Source of the DNA: an uncultured Clostridia bacterium
GTDB lineage: Bacteria; Aerophobota; Aerophobia; Aerophobales; B3-G15
Assembly (NCBI GenBank): GCA_964482715.1
Contig: CAYZYX010000020.1
Span: 1 to 33,781, forward strand
Length of the DNA stretch: 33,781 nucleotides
Direction of reading: 5' to 3'
Each line of letters begins with the position of its first letter. Positions within the stretch are counted from its first letter, which is position 1. This document shows positions 7,497-18,323 of the stretch, piece by piece. The position numbers were made by a program, and so were the translations under genes. The notes under the pieces are model-generated. The model did no database searches and was not told the DNA's origin. It was given only the letters and a program-made list of their open reading frames with translations.

Positions 7497-8672
7497 TTAA
7501 ACTTTTTCAATTCTTTTCAATCGGAGATTTCCGGATAATCCCTTCAGTCTAAGTGTAAGAAAAAGAAAAGCAGCAATAATCAAAGGTAAAAGTGTCCAGC
7601 GAAAAGAAACTCTCAATCCCCATCTATCGGCAAGAAAGCCAAATACAGCCGGGGCAATGGCTGTAACCATGGTATCCAGACTCATTCCTATCCCGAAAAT
7701 CTTTCCCTGAATTGTGTGTTGGCTTGCTTGAGATAACCAGATGTTCTGGGGTGGGAAAAAACCAATATGACAGATTCCCACAAGGAAAAGTAAAAGCACT
7801 GTTAAGAGAAGAGGCAGGCTAAAGGTGATAAATAGTATTGCTGGCAAAACTATTAAAAGAAGTGCAGCAATTATACTTAGCGGATGATTTTTGTCTGAAA
7901 GCCATCCGGTAATAAGTGAACCAATTACCCCTCCAGCAAAGATTAATCCTGAGAAATAAGATGCTGTTTGAATACTTAAATTTAAAGTATCCACGATAAA
8001 AAGAGGTACAAAAGAAACAACCCCGATCATTCCCAGAGTTCTAAGAGTTCTTGCTGTAAAAAAAGTGGTTAAGATAAAAGGGGGATATTTAATTTTCGAT
8101 TTTTCTACAGTTGAGGGTAAATCTGAATAGTCTGTTCGATAGAAAAAGTAGGCAAGTGGTATCCCAAAAAGAGCTATCAAAAAAGATATTACTCGCCATT
8201 CGATCAGATTAATCACCAGACCAAAAAGATACATCATTAATACAATCCCTGCACTTCCAGCTGCTTCAAAAATACCGAAAATTATACCCTTCTTATACCT
8301 GTAACGCTGATTAAGCAGAGGTGGAGCCAGAGAATGAAAAGTGCTAACTCCTACTGCTGCTATACCGAGTAAGATGAGAATGAAGGCAAAAGAATTAAAA
8401 CCCACCAGAAGAGTAAATCCAGCAGAAGTAAGAAAAAATCCCAGAGAGATTATTTTTTCTTTACCATATTTGTCCCCGAGATGACCGGTTATAAAGGAGA
8501 AAATCGCAATTATAAAAGTATAAAAGGTAAGAAGCAATCCACTTTGAGTGTAGGTCAGTTCAAACTCTTTTTTCAAAAGTGGCAGGATAAGGGGAAGAAA
8601 AAGCCAGAAAATATCGTTGTACCCATGTCCTATAGAGATTAAAAAAAGTGGATGCCTTGGTCTTTTTTTCAT
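7497..8672 (-). CDS. Major facilitator superfamily transporter (Fsr-like)
   Basis: About 12 hydrophobic segments; motif A GHLGDKYGKE and GWLSDK; N-terminal GHGYND and STFH typical of the Fsr-like group. Confidence 0.88.
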   Translation of the reverse strand: MKKRPRHPLFLISIGHGYNDIFWLFLPLILPLLKKEFELTYTQSGLLLTFYTFIIAIFSFITGHLGDKYGKEKIISLGFFLTSAGFTLLVGFNSFAFILILLGIAAVGVSTFHSLAPPLLNQRYRYKKGIIFGIFEAAGSAGIVLMMYLFGLVINLIEWRVISFLIALFGIPLAYFFYRTDYSDLPSTVEKSKIKYPPFILTTFFTARTLRTLGMIGVVSFVPLFIVDTLNLSIQTASYFSGLIFAGGVIGSLITGWLSDKNHPLSIIAALLLIVLPAILFITFSLPLLLTVLLLFLVGICHIGFFPPQNIWLSQASQHTIQGKIFGIGMSLDTMVTAIAPAVFGFLADRWGLRVSFRWTLLPLIIAAFLFLTLRLKGLSGNLRLKRIEKV

Positions 8673-8929
8673 AGAACAAGAGTTTATAAGATTTGCCTCA
8701 AACAGTCAATCTCAAAAAAGAAAATTGTCATGTCCAAAATTTTCTGTAGATTACCTCCAGGATAAGAAAGCTACAGTCAGAGGGGAAAATTTAAAAATCT
8801 AAACAAATCCTCTCCCGTGACTCTTTTTACCATATTTTTTCTTTTTTGTCATCTCATAAATCCACTCTTACCAATTTTAAATCAATAAGATGAGCTTACC
8901 TTAAGTATCCTGGAATTTTTTCCGGAACT

Positions 8930-10026
8930 GGAAAATACATGAAGATCTTTGGCCGGGAAAACTTCATCATTGAACTTCAGGATCATCTTCTACCAGAAGA
9001 ATACGAGTTAAACTTGAGACTCTTTGATCTTGCCTCAAGGCTTCATCTTCTTGTTGTTGCCACCAACGATGTTTACTATGCAAAGCCTACCCAGCATGAG
9101 ATTCATCAGGTCCTTGTTAGAGCAGCAAAACTCATCCATCACCGTGATATTGTAGAAAAGAAAAGTCCTGAGTATTACTTAAAATCATACCATAAGATGG
9201 CAAGTGTATTTACAAGATATCCCTTTGCCCTTTTTAACACAGATCTTATTGCAAGGGAGTGCAACTTAGAGCTTCCCCTGGGTAAAATCAGGTCTCCTGG
9301 GTTTTTAAGTAAAGATAATGCCCACCACCAGCTTGCAAAGATCTGCTTTCAAAACCTCCCCAAAAAATACAAGTCTCCCTCAAGAGAGGTTACAAGAAGG
9401 CTTATAAGAGAGCTTAAGATAATAAAGGAAAAGGGATTTTCCTCTTACTTTCTCCTGGTTCAGGACATTGTTAAATTTGCCAGGAAAAAGGGTATAAAAT
9501 GTCAGGTAAGAGGCTCTGCATCAGGTTCACTTGTTTCTTATCTTACCAGTCAGCTTATCTTAAGGTTTACTTTCCAGAAGAGTTTTACCTTGCTATCTTA
9601 AACAACCAGCCAGGACTTTATCCTCCAGGTGTTATCTTAAATGAGACAAAAAGATGTGGTATACCCATACTTGGTTTTAGCTTCACAGGACATCCAATTG
9701 AACTTTTCAGGAAAGCTTTTAAGGGGAAAAATAGGATAAAAAGTGGTAAGCTTACATCTCTAAGAGAAAACGAGAGAGTGGAAGTTGCCGGTGTAAAGAT
9801 AATCCTTCACACACCACCAACAAAAAGCGGGATAAGGGTTATCTTTTTAACACTGGAGGATGAGGAGGGTTTAATTGATGTTGTGGTTTTTCCTTCAGTG
9901 CAGGAGAAGTTTGCCAGGACCATCTATGAGGCTGATTTTCTCTTTTTGGAAGGCTACATTAAAAAACACGGCTCTTTAAGCTCACTGGTGGTAGAAAAGG
10001 TATATGACCTGCAAACCATGGTATAA
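8930..10026 (+). pseudogene. dnaE2: Internally deleted DNA polymerase III alpha (DnaE2-like) remnant
   Basis: PHP part (IELQ, VATNDVYY), then RLIRELKII..GFSSYFLLVQDIV..RGSASGSLVSY; frame change to SYQSAYLK..FY.AILNNQPGLY; jump to LGFS.TGHP and OB fold (PPTKSG..FLTLEDEEG). 5' end and catalytic core absent. Confidence 0.88.
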
Positions 10027-10178
10027 GGATAAATTTTACAGATTTTGATCAAAAGTCTAAATTTTGCTACCTTTGCCTTGGATAGATAAATAAGGGGATG
10101 TGAAATGAAAAAATTTCCCGGTCTTCTTGATGTCTGTTATATCCCCCAGTTTCCACATAATTTCTTTCGTTTATCATT

Positions 10179-11372
10179 TTACAGCCATGGATCCACGGCA
10201 ATGTCTTTATGTTTTCCAAGAATTTCCTCTGCCAGCCTTTCTAAGGCTTTAAAATCTTCTGCTTTTGGATAACCCTTAACTATTACCGGCTCAAGAATTT
10301 CCACCTTTACATTGGTCAAAAGTCCCTTTATATCCTCAACAAATTTACCTCCCCATCCATATGAGCCAATGATGGAAAAGAATTTTGTCTTCGGGCAGAG
10401 TTTGTTCACAAGGTAGGTTATGTAAAGTGCCAGCGGATGAGGTCCTGTGAGAACCATAGGTGTTCCTATAACCACAGTTGCAGCATCAACAAGAGCCATG
10501 GCAAGTTCACCTATATTGGTTTTTGTCAGGTTAAAAGGCTTAACAATTATATCTCTTTTCATAAGAAGGTCTGTAAAATACCTTACCATTTTCTCTGTGC
10601 TTCCATGCATGGATACATAAGGTATGACAACTTCATTTTTCACCTTATTGGAAATCCATTCTTTATATGCGTTAATTATGAACTCTGTATTCTTGTATAT
10701 TGGTCCGTGGCTTGGCACAATCATTTCTATATCCAGTGGCAATATTTTTTTCATATTCTTTTTAATAATTGCTCTGAAAGGCATCATTATCTCAGCATAG
10801 TATCTCTTTGCACTTTCCAGAAGCTTTTCTCCTTCCTCTGCAAAAAGTGAGGATGTTGCAAGGTGTGAACCAAAAAAATCACAACTGAAAAGCATTTTAT
10901 CTTGGGTGAGGTATGTAACCATAGTTTCTGGCCAGTGAATCCATGGAGTGAAGATAAACCTCAAAGTTTTATCACCAAGTGAAATCTCATCACCGTCTCC
11001 AATTGCTTTAAACCTGTCTTCCGGGATGTGTAATAGCTCCATCAAAAACTTTTTGCATTTTTCGTTTGTAATGACCCTTGCATTTGGATATGCGTTAAGT
11101 ATTCCGGGAATAGCACCTGAATGGTCTTGCTCTGCATGGTTTGCAATTACATAGTCTATCCTGTCTATTTTTAGTTCTTTAAGATTATCTATGAGTTCAC
11201 TTTCCTTAGTTGGGTCAACGGTGTCTATTAAGGCTGTTTTTTCGCTTCCCTTTACAAGATATGCATTGTAGGTTGTTCCATCTGGCAGAGGAATAAGCTC
11301 GTCAAAGAGTCTTCTATCCCAGTCTATCACTCCCACAGAATATATATTTGGTTTTATTTCTCTTGCAGGCAT
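10179..11372 (-). CDS. fprA: Flavodiiron protein (FprA/rubredoxin:oxygen-NO reductase type)
   Basis: GTTYNAYL, NHAEQDHSG, HWPET, CDFFG, PSHGP diiron ligands plus flavodoxin domain (SMHGSTEKM, GSYGWGG); RBS AAGGAGG. Confidence 0.95.
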   Translation of the reverse strand: MPAREIKPNIYSVGVIDWDRRLFDELIPLPDGTTYNAYLVKGSEKTALIDTVDPTKESELIDNLKELKIDRIDYVIANHAEQDHSGAIPGILNAYPNARVITNEKCKKFLMELLHIPEDRFKAIGDGDEISLGDKTLRFIFTPWIHWPETMVTYLTQDKMLFSCDFFGSHLATSSLFAEEGEKLLESAKRYYAEIMMPFRAIIKKNMKKILPLDIEMIVPSHGPIYKNTEFIINAYKEWISNKVKNEVVIPYVSMHGSTEKMVRYFTDLLMKRDIIVKPFNLTKTNIGELAMALVDAATVVIGTPMVLTGPHPLALYITYLVNKLCPKTKFFSIIGSYGWGGKFVEDIKGLLTNVKVEILEPVIVKGYPKAEDFKALERLAEEILGKHKDIAVDPWL

Positions 11373-11389
11373 TTTTATACCTCCTTAAA

Positions 11390-11590
11390 ACCTCCTCCTG
11401 CCTTTCCCTCGGGTAAAACTCTGGCAAAATATTCATCAAGTCCCACTTCTTCAGCTACCCATCTTGCAGCCTGCCGATTATCTCCTGTAAACACCATCCA
11501 TTTTATCACCATACTTTTAATATGGAGGCTACCTTCTTTGACTCAGCTCTTTATCACATCAGCAAGAGCTATGACTCCAGAGAGTTTTCC
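11390..11590 (-). pseudogene. Fragment of a copper-type P1B ATPase (CopB-like P domain)
   Basis: Manual translation GKLSGVIALADVI(K)..*..MVFTGDNRQAARWVAEEVGLDEYFARVLPEGKA; contains an in-frame stop and lacks the rest of the gene. Confidence 0.8.
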
Positions 11591-11641
11591 TGTAATATCT
11601 CACTGATAGATTCTTCTTCAACCTGTTCGTCTGTAAACCGG

Positions 11642-11842
11642 TTAATTTTTCCAGAGTCCGTGAATACTACAATATTTGCGGACACCTTTTATCTTTTCTG
11701 GCCTGACAGGAAATTCTGCTTCAGGAGCATCACCGGGAAGGAGGAATTTACGATAATTCCCTCCGGCCACTCCAATCTCTCTACCCATTCAATATAATGT
11801 TTTTCTTCCACTGGATGAGGAACAGAGCTAACTTTTACCTTT
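11642..11842 (-). pseudogene. Superoxide reductase/desulfoferrodoxin C-terminal fragment, frameshifted
   Basis: KVKVSSVPHPVEEKHYIEWVE, then after an extra AG in a GAGAGA run: IGVAGGNYRKFLLPGDAPEAEF..VRKYCSIHGLWKN* (stop 11642-11644). N-terminus missing. Confidence 0.85.
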
Positions 11843-11844
11843 CT

Positions 11845-12095
11845 TGGTGAACTGGAAGGCTGGAATTGCTGTAAGCTTCTTAACAAGAGGAGCCTGTTCG
11901 GCTTTCTTTAATCCATCAAGGTAGAGAATATATGAAAGATCAAAATCCTACAGATTCAAAAGGCTTATTCTCTTCCACTGAAGCTAATGCCCAGCGCATA
12001 TCAACTCTACATAGATCTATCCCTTTTGGTCCTTGAAGCCGAACTTTTGTACCATCAACCATTAAGAACCTATATTGATAAGAAATTGGGCCCAT
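11845..12095 (-). mobile_element. Degenerate DDE transposase fragments (ISH6/UPF0236-like, tentative)
   Basis: YRFLMVDGTKVRLQ..MRWALAS..PFESVGF joined in another frame to DLSYILYLDGLKKAEQAPLVKKL; resembles the first catalytic D region and the post-CxxH region of such transposases. Family call is from recall only. Confidence 0.5.
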
Positions 12096-12132
12096 AGCTG
12101 AGCTGGCGAGCAGCGGACTCATAAAAAACTTT

Positions 12133-13533
12133 TCAGGCATTTATCAAGCTGTCCAGGATTTTCTTTCTCTCCGGAGGAGTAAATTGAACAAGCGGGATTA
12201 TCTTTTTTGAGTAAGGTAAATACGGTATAACCAGGGCTTTAAGAATGCTGTCTTTAAAAGAGATAATTTTGCCGGGAAGATCTTTTAGATCATCATCTTC
12301 ATTTAAAAAGTCAAAGAAAGATTCCCCCTTTTCTCTTTTCATGGTGAGAATACTCTCTTCTACTGTGGAAAATCCAGGCATATCCTTCCGGGGAATCCCT
12401 TTAACAAAAAGTACCTTTTCAAGAGAATTTAAATTTACAAGATGGGTTATATATTTAACCGCTTCAATCCTGCCCTGAGACATTAAATTTAGTGCAACTT
12501 CAAGATGATAGGGAGATGCGCCACTTGTTCCTCCAATGAGGGGCCCATTGTAATGTATTTCGTTGGTTGGAATGTTTACCGTTTTTTCAGGAATTCCGCC
12601 AAAAAGACTTATAAATCCCCCTTTTTTGACTATTTGAAAGGCTTGAATTTGTGCCTCCACTGCGCTGCAGGCTGTAATAACCACATCTGCCATTTTTCCC
12701 CGGGTTATTTCCCTTACTTTTTCTTTTAAAATATCAGGTTTAGGGTTTTGGATATAGTGATCAGCAACCTGAAGTTTTCTGGCCATCTTCAGTTTGTAAG
12801 CAGAGCGTTGAGCCAGAATCACACAGCCTGCTCCTTGAGCCTTAGCCAGTTCTGCATGTATACAGCCAAGAGGACCTCCACCAATAACCGCTACAACATC
12901 TTCGGGTTTTAAACCAGCCATAAATCCATATTTTTTCTCTTCTCTTTTCCATCCAAGATAGCGGATTATCTTACTTTGTGCGTGAATAGCGCAGGCGACA
13001 GGTTCAGCCAGGGCTGCCTCATAGAGTGAAACATTATCAGGAACAAAGTAAACAGGTGGTATTTTCTTTTTAAGGATCCTTTCTGGCACAACCATATATT
13101 CGGCAAATCCCCCATTGTAGTTAAAACCGATGTCTTCACGGTTTTCACAAGCTTCAGGTCTTCCATCCAGACAGTTAGCACATTCTTCACAGGCTATTAC
13201 GGGGGCAACGACAACTCTTTGACCTTCTCTGTAAGTTCTTTTCTCTTTACCATAAGGTGTGGAAATCTCAAAATCTCTAACTCTTGAACCAACCTGCACA
13301 ATTGTTCCAGATAGTTCATGCCCAGTGATAACAGGGTAAGATTTTATAAGTTTATGTCCCTTAAAAAATTTTTTCACATCAGTCCCGCAAATTGCACAGG
13401 CAGCTATCTTAATCAGTATCTCACCGTCTCCACATTCCGGATCAGGAATCTCTTTTACCCTCACATGGTGAGGAAAACCGGTCGGATTATCAAGGAAAAA
13501 AGCACGCATCTTCAAAAAACTCCTTTCAGGCAA
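12133..13533 (-). CDS. Zn-dependent medium-chain dehydrogenase (L-iditol/sorbitol DH-like) with C-terminal extension
   Basis: CGTD, GHE, CEECANC..C structural Zn site, EPVAC, GGGPLG Rossmann motif. Confidence 0.88.
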   Translation of the reverse strand: MPERSFLKMRAFFLDNPTGFPHHVRVKEIPDPECGDGEILIKIAACAICGTDVKKFFKGHKLIKSYPVITGHELSGTIVQVGSRVRDFEISTPYGKEKRTYREGQRVVVAPVIACEECANCLDGRPEACENREDIGFNYNGGFAEYMVVPERILKKKIPPVYFVPDNVSLYEAALAEPVACAIHAQSKIIRYLGWKREEKKYGFMAGLKPEDVVAVIGGGPLGCIHAELAKAQGAGCVILAQRSAYKLKMARKLQVADHYIQNPKPDILKEKVREITRGKMADVVITACSAVEAQIQAFQIVKKGGFISLFGGIPEKTVNIPTNEIHYNGPLIGGTSGASPYHLEVALNLMSQGRIEAVKYITHLVNLNSLEKVLFVKGIPRKDMPGFSTVEESILTMKREKGESFFDFLNEDDDLKDLPGKIISFKDSILKALVIPYLPYSKKIIPLVQFTPPERKKILDSLINA

Positions 13534-15202
13534 GACCCTCTATCATCTGATATAAAGCAGCACCAGCTGGAACCATTGGATATACGTTTTCTTCACGTTC
13601 AATTTGAAAGTCCATTATTACCGGACCCTTAATCTGAAGGGCCTTTTTAATGGCAGGTTCTACCTCTTCCACCTTTTCTACTCTTATTCCTTCCACACCA
13701 TAAGCCTGAGCCACTTTTACAAAATCAGGAACTCCAGAAAGGTCGACCTGGGAGTAACGCCTGTCGTAAAAAAGTTGTTGCCATTGTCGAACCATACCCA
13801 GATAACCGTTATTAAGGATAGCCACTTTTACCGGGATATTGTATTTAGCGACTGTTGCAAGTTCCTGAATATTCATCTGAAAACTACCATCTCCAGCTAT
13901 GTCAAAGACAATTTCTCCTGGCCTACCAATCTGTGCCCCAATGGCTGCCGGGAACCCAAAACCCATTGTCCCAAGCCCTCCTGAAGAGATGAAACTACGT
14001 GGTCGTGTATAACAGTAAAATTGAGCTGCCCACATTTGACTCTGTCCAACCTCAGTTGCAATGATGGCTTTACCCCGGGTAAGCTCGTAAATCTTTTCTA
14101 CCACATATTGAGGCTTTAACTTGTTATTTTTTTCGTATCTTAAAGGATACTTTTCCTTCCAGGTGGCTATTTTTTGATGCCAGGCTTCCCTTTTTTTGCC
14201 GTTAGTTAGAGAAATTAGTTTTGACAGGATAAACTTTGCATCACCAACTATGGGTATGTCCACTCGAACATTTTTACTTATGGCTGTAGGATCAATATCA
14301 ATATGAATAATGGTTGCCTTGGGGGCAAACTCGGATATCTTACCGGTAATTCTGTCGTCAAATCTTGCACCTATAGCAATGAGTAAGTCAGCTTCACAAA
14401 CTGCGTAGTTTGCGTATCTTGTACCATGCATCCCCAACATTTTAAGCGAAAGGGGATCGTTTTCTGGAAAGGCACCCAGAGCCATCAGGGTTGTAGTGAC
14501 AGGAATATTATTATGACGGGCAAATTTAACGAGTTCTTCGGTAGCTCCAGAGGCAATGACTCCCCCGCCAGCGTAAATAACGGGACGTTCTGACCTGTCT
14601 ATTTCTTTAGCTGCCAGCTTAATTTGTTTTAAGTTCCCCTCATAATGAGGACGGTAACTTCTTATTTTTACTTCATCCGGGTAAGGAACCTGTGTTTTGG
14701 CGTTTTGAATGTCTTTGGGTAAATCCACCAGAACTGGCCCCGGACGGCCTGTTCTTGCTATGTAAAAAGCCTCTTTCAGAATTTGGGGAAGTTCATCCAC
14801 ATCTTTAACCAGGTAGTTATGTTTGGTGATGGAATAGGTGATTCCAGTTATATTGGCTTCCTGAAAAGCATCATTTCCTATCATGGAAGTTGGCACCTGA
14901 CCGGTTAAAGCAACAACTGGAGAGGAATCCATATAAGCCGTTGCTAATCCTGTAACCAGATTAGTTGCTCCAGGACCAGAAGTGGCTATACATACTCCTA
15001 CTCTTCCTGTGGCACGGGCATAACCGTCTGCAGCATGAGCGGCAGCCTGTTCATGACGAGTGAGAAAGTGACGGATATTTTTTGTATCATATAGAGCATC
15101 GTATATTGGAAGGACTGCTCCACCTGGATATCCAAAAATGGTATCCACCTTTTCTTTAATTAAAGCTTCAATAATTACCTCAGCGCCTGTTCTTTTTCTC
15201 AA
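13526..15202 (-). CDS. ilvB: Acetolactate synthase large subunit (biosynthetic)
   Basis: [62 protein letters not shown]. Confidence 0.97.
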   Translation of the reverse strand: MRKRTGAEVIIEALIKEKVDTIFGYPGGAVLPIYDALYDTKNIRHFLTRHEQAAAHAADGYARATGRVGVCIATSGPGATNLVTGLATAYMDSSPVVALTGQVPTSMIGNDAFQEANITGITYSITKHNYLVKDVDELPQILKEAFYIARTGRPGPVLVDLPKDIQNAKTQVPYPDEVKIRSYRPHYEGNLKQIKLAAKEIDRSERPVIYAGGGVIASGATEELVKFARHNNIPVTTTLMALGAFPENDPLSLKMLGMHGTRYANYAVCEADLLIAIGARFDDRITGKISEFAPKATIIHIDIDPTAISKNVRVDIPIVGDAKFILSKLISLTNGKKREAWHQKIATWKEKYPLRYEKNNKLKPQYVVEKIYELTRGKAIIATEVGQSQMWAAQFYCYTRPRSFISSGGLGTMGFGFPAAIGAQIGRPGEIVFDIAGDGSFQMNIQELATVAKYNIPVKVAILNNGYLGMVRQWQQLFYDRRYSQVDLSGVPDFVKVAQAYGVEGIRVEKVEEVEPAIKKALQIKGPVIMDFQIEREENVYPMVPAGAALYQMIEGLA

Positions 15203-15223
15203 GGCTATCCTCCCGGCTCAATC

Positions 15224-17764
15224 TTATTTTCCGCAACAGTACTTGTATTTCTTTCCACTCCCACATGGGCAGGGATCATTTCGACCCACCTTGGCTTTCT
15301 TCTTAACTTTTACCGTGGAAGTTGCCCTTCTTCCTGAAATAGAAGTCTTTATACTTTTCGGCTCCCCTTTAGGAAACTCGGGAGTTCTTCTAATAACTCT
15401 TTCTGGAGCAGGTTTTCCCGATATTTGAACCTTAAAGATAAGCTCCGATACTTCCTCTTTAATTCTCTGAATCATATCTTCAAACATGTTGAAGGCTTCT
15501 CTCTTATACTCAATAAGCGGATCTCTTTGACCATAACCTCTTAGCCCTATCCCTTCTCTTAAAGAATCCATGGCATAAAGGTGATCCTTCCACCTTGAGT
15601 CAAGAGTATGCAGGAGAATCATTCGTTCAAGTTCCCTCATCAATTCCTGTCCCAGACTCTGTTCTTTTCTTTCATAGGCAAACTTGACTGCCTGAAGAAT
15701 CTTTTCTTTTATTTTTTCTCTATCGTAAATTTGCTTTAAACTTTCACCGTCAATTTCAATTGATAGAAGATTTCTGATTCTTCTGGCCAGACCCTCCACA
15801 TCCCACTCTTCAGGTCGGATTTTCTCATCGGTATAAATTGAAACGAAGTTTTCTATCGTGTCCTCTATCATACTCCAGACTTGTTCTTTAACATCCTTTT
15901 TTTCCAGAATTTTTTTTCTCTCAGTATAAATCACCTCACGTTGCTGGTTCATTACGTCGTCGTATTCTAATAGCTGTTTTCTGATTTCGAAGTTTCTTCT
16001 TTCCACTTTTTGTTGGGCTCTCTCCAGGGCCCTGGTGACCCAGGGATGTTCAATTGGTTGGTCTTCGGGAATTTTTAATTTTTCCATCAGAACCGCCAGT
16101 TTTTCAGAGCCAAAAATACGCATGAGTTCATCTTCCAGGCTAACATAAAACTGAGCTGCTCCCGGAGCTCCCTGACGACCAGCTCTTCCTCTTAGCTGGT
16201 TATCAATACGTCGGGATTCATGCCTTTCGGTCCCTATAACAAACAGTCCACCAAGTTCCGCTACATCTTCTCCCAGTTTTATATCAGTTCCTCTTCCTGC
16301 CATGTTGGTTGCTATGGTTACAGCCCTTTTTTGTCCTGCCTGGGCAACTATTTGAGCCTCCCTTTCGTGGTATTTGGCATTAAGAACAGTATGAGGAATT
16401 CCTCTTTCTCTCAACATTCGCGACAATTTCTCTGATTTTTCTACAGATCTTGTTCCTACCAGGACAGGTCTTTCCTGTTTGTAAAGTTCCTCAATTTTAT
16501 CTATAACTGCTTTAAACTTGGCCTTCTCGGTCTTGTAGATTTTGTCTTCTAATTCCTGTCTGATACAAGGTTTATGGGTAGGAATAACCACGACTTCCAA
16601 TCCATAGATTTTCATGAATTCTTCAGCTTCGGTAGCAGCTGTGCCGGTCATTCCGGATAACTTCTTGTACATCCGGAAATAATTCTGGAGAGTAATGGTA
16701 GCCAGGGTTTGATTCTCATTCCTTATAGGAACCCCTTCTTTAGCTTCTACTGCCTGGTGAAGACCATCACTCCACCGTCTTCCAGGCATAAGTCTTCCTG
16801 TAAATTCGTCTATTATTACTACTTCTCCGTCCTTAACCAGATAATCCCTGTCTCTCTGGTAAAGTTCGTGAGCCCGGATGGCTTGAGTTATATGATGAAC
16901 AAGTTGCATCCGTGTATCCTGATAGAGATTATCCACCCCCAGCAGCTTCTCGGCTTTTCTTACTCCTTCCTCAGTTAAAGCAACAGTATGGTTTTTCTCG
17001 TCCACCTCATAGTCAGCATCTTTTTTTAACCTACGAATTAATTTATCAATATAATAGTAAAGTTCGGTTGACTCTTCCGCAGGACCGGAAATAATAAGAG
17101 GAGTTCGGGCCTCATCTATTAAAATACTGTCAATCTCATCAACTATGGCATAATGAAAACCGCGTTGTACTTGATCTTCTTTTCGAAGAGCCATGTTATC
17201 TCTTAGATAGTCAAAACCAAATTCGTTATTGGTTCCATAGGTAATATCGCATTGATAAGCTTTTTTTCTTTCCGGGATACTCATCCCACTCTGAAGGACT
17301 CCCACGGAAAGACCGAGAAATTCATATACAGGTGCCATCCATTCTCTATCCCTGCGTGCCAGATAGTCATTTACTGTTACTACGTGGACCCCTTTTCCTT
17401 CCAAACCATTAAGATAAGCCGCCAGGGTAGCAACCAGGGTTTTACCTTCCCCATTTGCCATCTCTGCAATGGCTCCCTGATGGAGAACAATTCCACCTAT
17501 TAACTGAACATCGTGATGGCGAAGCCCAATAGTCCGTTTAGCTGCTTCCCTTACCACAGCGAAGGCCTCTGGAAGTATATCATCAAGAGTTTCCCCGTTT
17601 TTTATTCGTCCTCTGAATTCGTCAGTTTTGGCCTGGAGATTCTTATCCGAGAGACGTGAAATTTTTTTCTCCAGAGAGTTTATCTTATTTACAATGGGTA
17701 TTAATTTTTTAATCGTTCTTTCCTGTTTTGATCCAAAAACCTTTGAAAGAAGATTACTGATCAT
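15224..17764 (-). CDS. secA: Preprotein translocase ATPase SecA
   Basis: [36 protein letters not shown]-terminal [18 protein letters not shown]. Confidence 0.99.
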   Translation of the reverse strand: MISNLLSKVFGSKQERTIKKLIPIVNKINSLEKKISRLSDKNLQAKTDEFRGRIKNGETLDDILPEAFAVVREAAKRTIGLRHHDVQLIGGIVLHQGAIAEMANGEGKTLVATLAAYLNGLEGKGVHVVTVNDYLARRDREWMAPVYEFLGLSVGVLQSGMSIPERKKAYQCDITYGTNNEFGFDYLRDNMALRKEDQVQRGFHYAIVDEIDSILIDEARTPLIISGPAEESTELYYYIDKLIRRLKKDADYEVDEKNHTVALTEEGVRKAEKLLGVDNLYQDTRMQLVHHITQAIRAHELYQRDRDYLVKDGEVVIIDEFTGRLMPGRRWSDGLHQAVEAKEGVPIRNENQTLATITLQNYFRMYKKLSGMTGTAATEAEEFMKIYGLEVVVIPTHKPCIRQELEDKIYKTEKAKFKAVIDKIEELYKQERPVLVGTRSVEKSEKLSRMLRERGIPHTVLNAKYHEREAQIVAQAGQKRAVTIATNMAGRGTDIKLGEDVAELGGLFVIGTERHESRRIDNQLRGRAGRQGAPGAAQFYVSLEDELMRIFGSEKLAVLMEKLKIPEDQPIEHPWVTRALERAQQKVERRNFEIRKQLLEYDDVMNQQREVIYTERKKILEKKDVKEQVWSMIEDTIENFVSIYTDEKIRPEEWDVEGLARRIRNLLSIEIDGESLKQIYDREKIKEKILQAVKFAYERKEQSLGQELMRELERMILLHTLDSRWKDHLYAMDSLREGIGLRGYGQRDPLIEYKREAFNMFEDMIQRIKEEVSELIFKVQISGKPAPERVIRRTPEFPKGEPKSIKTSISGRRATSTVKVKKKAKVGRNDPCPCGSGKKYKYCCGK

Positions 17765-17801
17765 AACTTGAGCCTTTTTCCTTTTAATTTAGTGTTTAAT
17801 A

Positions 17802-18323
17802 TTATACCACCTTTGAAATTAGGGGCAAGATGTGAATACCTTCTATTTCCAGTAGCCTCTTTTTTAGAGAAATTCCCCCCGAAAATCCACCTAAGGTCCC
17901 ATCAGCGTATATTACACGATGGCAGGGTACAATAATGGGGAAAGGATTTATACTCATTATTCTCCCCACTGCCCGGTATCCCCGGTTTTTTAATTTTAAA
18001 GCTACCCACCTGTAACTTCTCACTTCTCCATAGGGAATTTCCCTTACCACCTGAAGGATTCTTCTTGCCTTAGATGAAACACTGTTCATGTCAAGGGGAT
18101 AGGGGCTAAAATCTACCTTCTTTCCAGAAAGATAGCTTTTCAAATCTTCTCTTAACTTTTGAAACAAGGGACTGAGAGAAAGCCCGTTTTCCTGTTTTCG
18201 ATCTAAATTAGCCAAAGCCTTTTCCCTAATATAAACTCTTTTTACAAGATTATCCGTGCCTGCAACCTGGATTTGTATTCCCCTGCCTTCTACTGTAAAA
18301 ATTTTCACTCTTTGGTGAACCAT
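17802..18323 (-). CDS. ogt: Methylated-DNA--protein-cysteine methyltransferase
   Basis: IPYGEVRSY, RAVG, NP.PIIVPCHRV active site, KKRLLEIEG. Confidence 0.93.
   Translation of the reverse strand: MVHQRVKIFTVEGRGIQIQVAGTDNLVKRVYIREKALANLDRKQENGLSLSPLFQKLREDLKSYLSGKKVDFSPYPLDMNSVSSKARRILQVVREIPYGEVRSYRWVALKLKNRGYRAVGRIMSINPFPIIVPCHRVIYADGTLGGFSGGISLKKRLLEIEGIHILPLISKVV

Noticed and set aside
9499-9601. Programmed frameshift or natural split dnaE
   Set aside because: No slippery heptamer or intein motifs, and the catalytic core is missing, so deletion is the simpler explanation.
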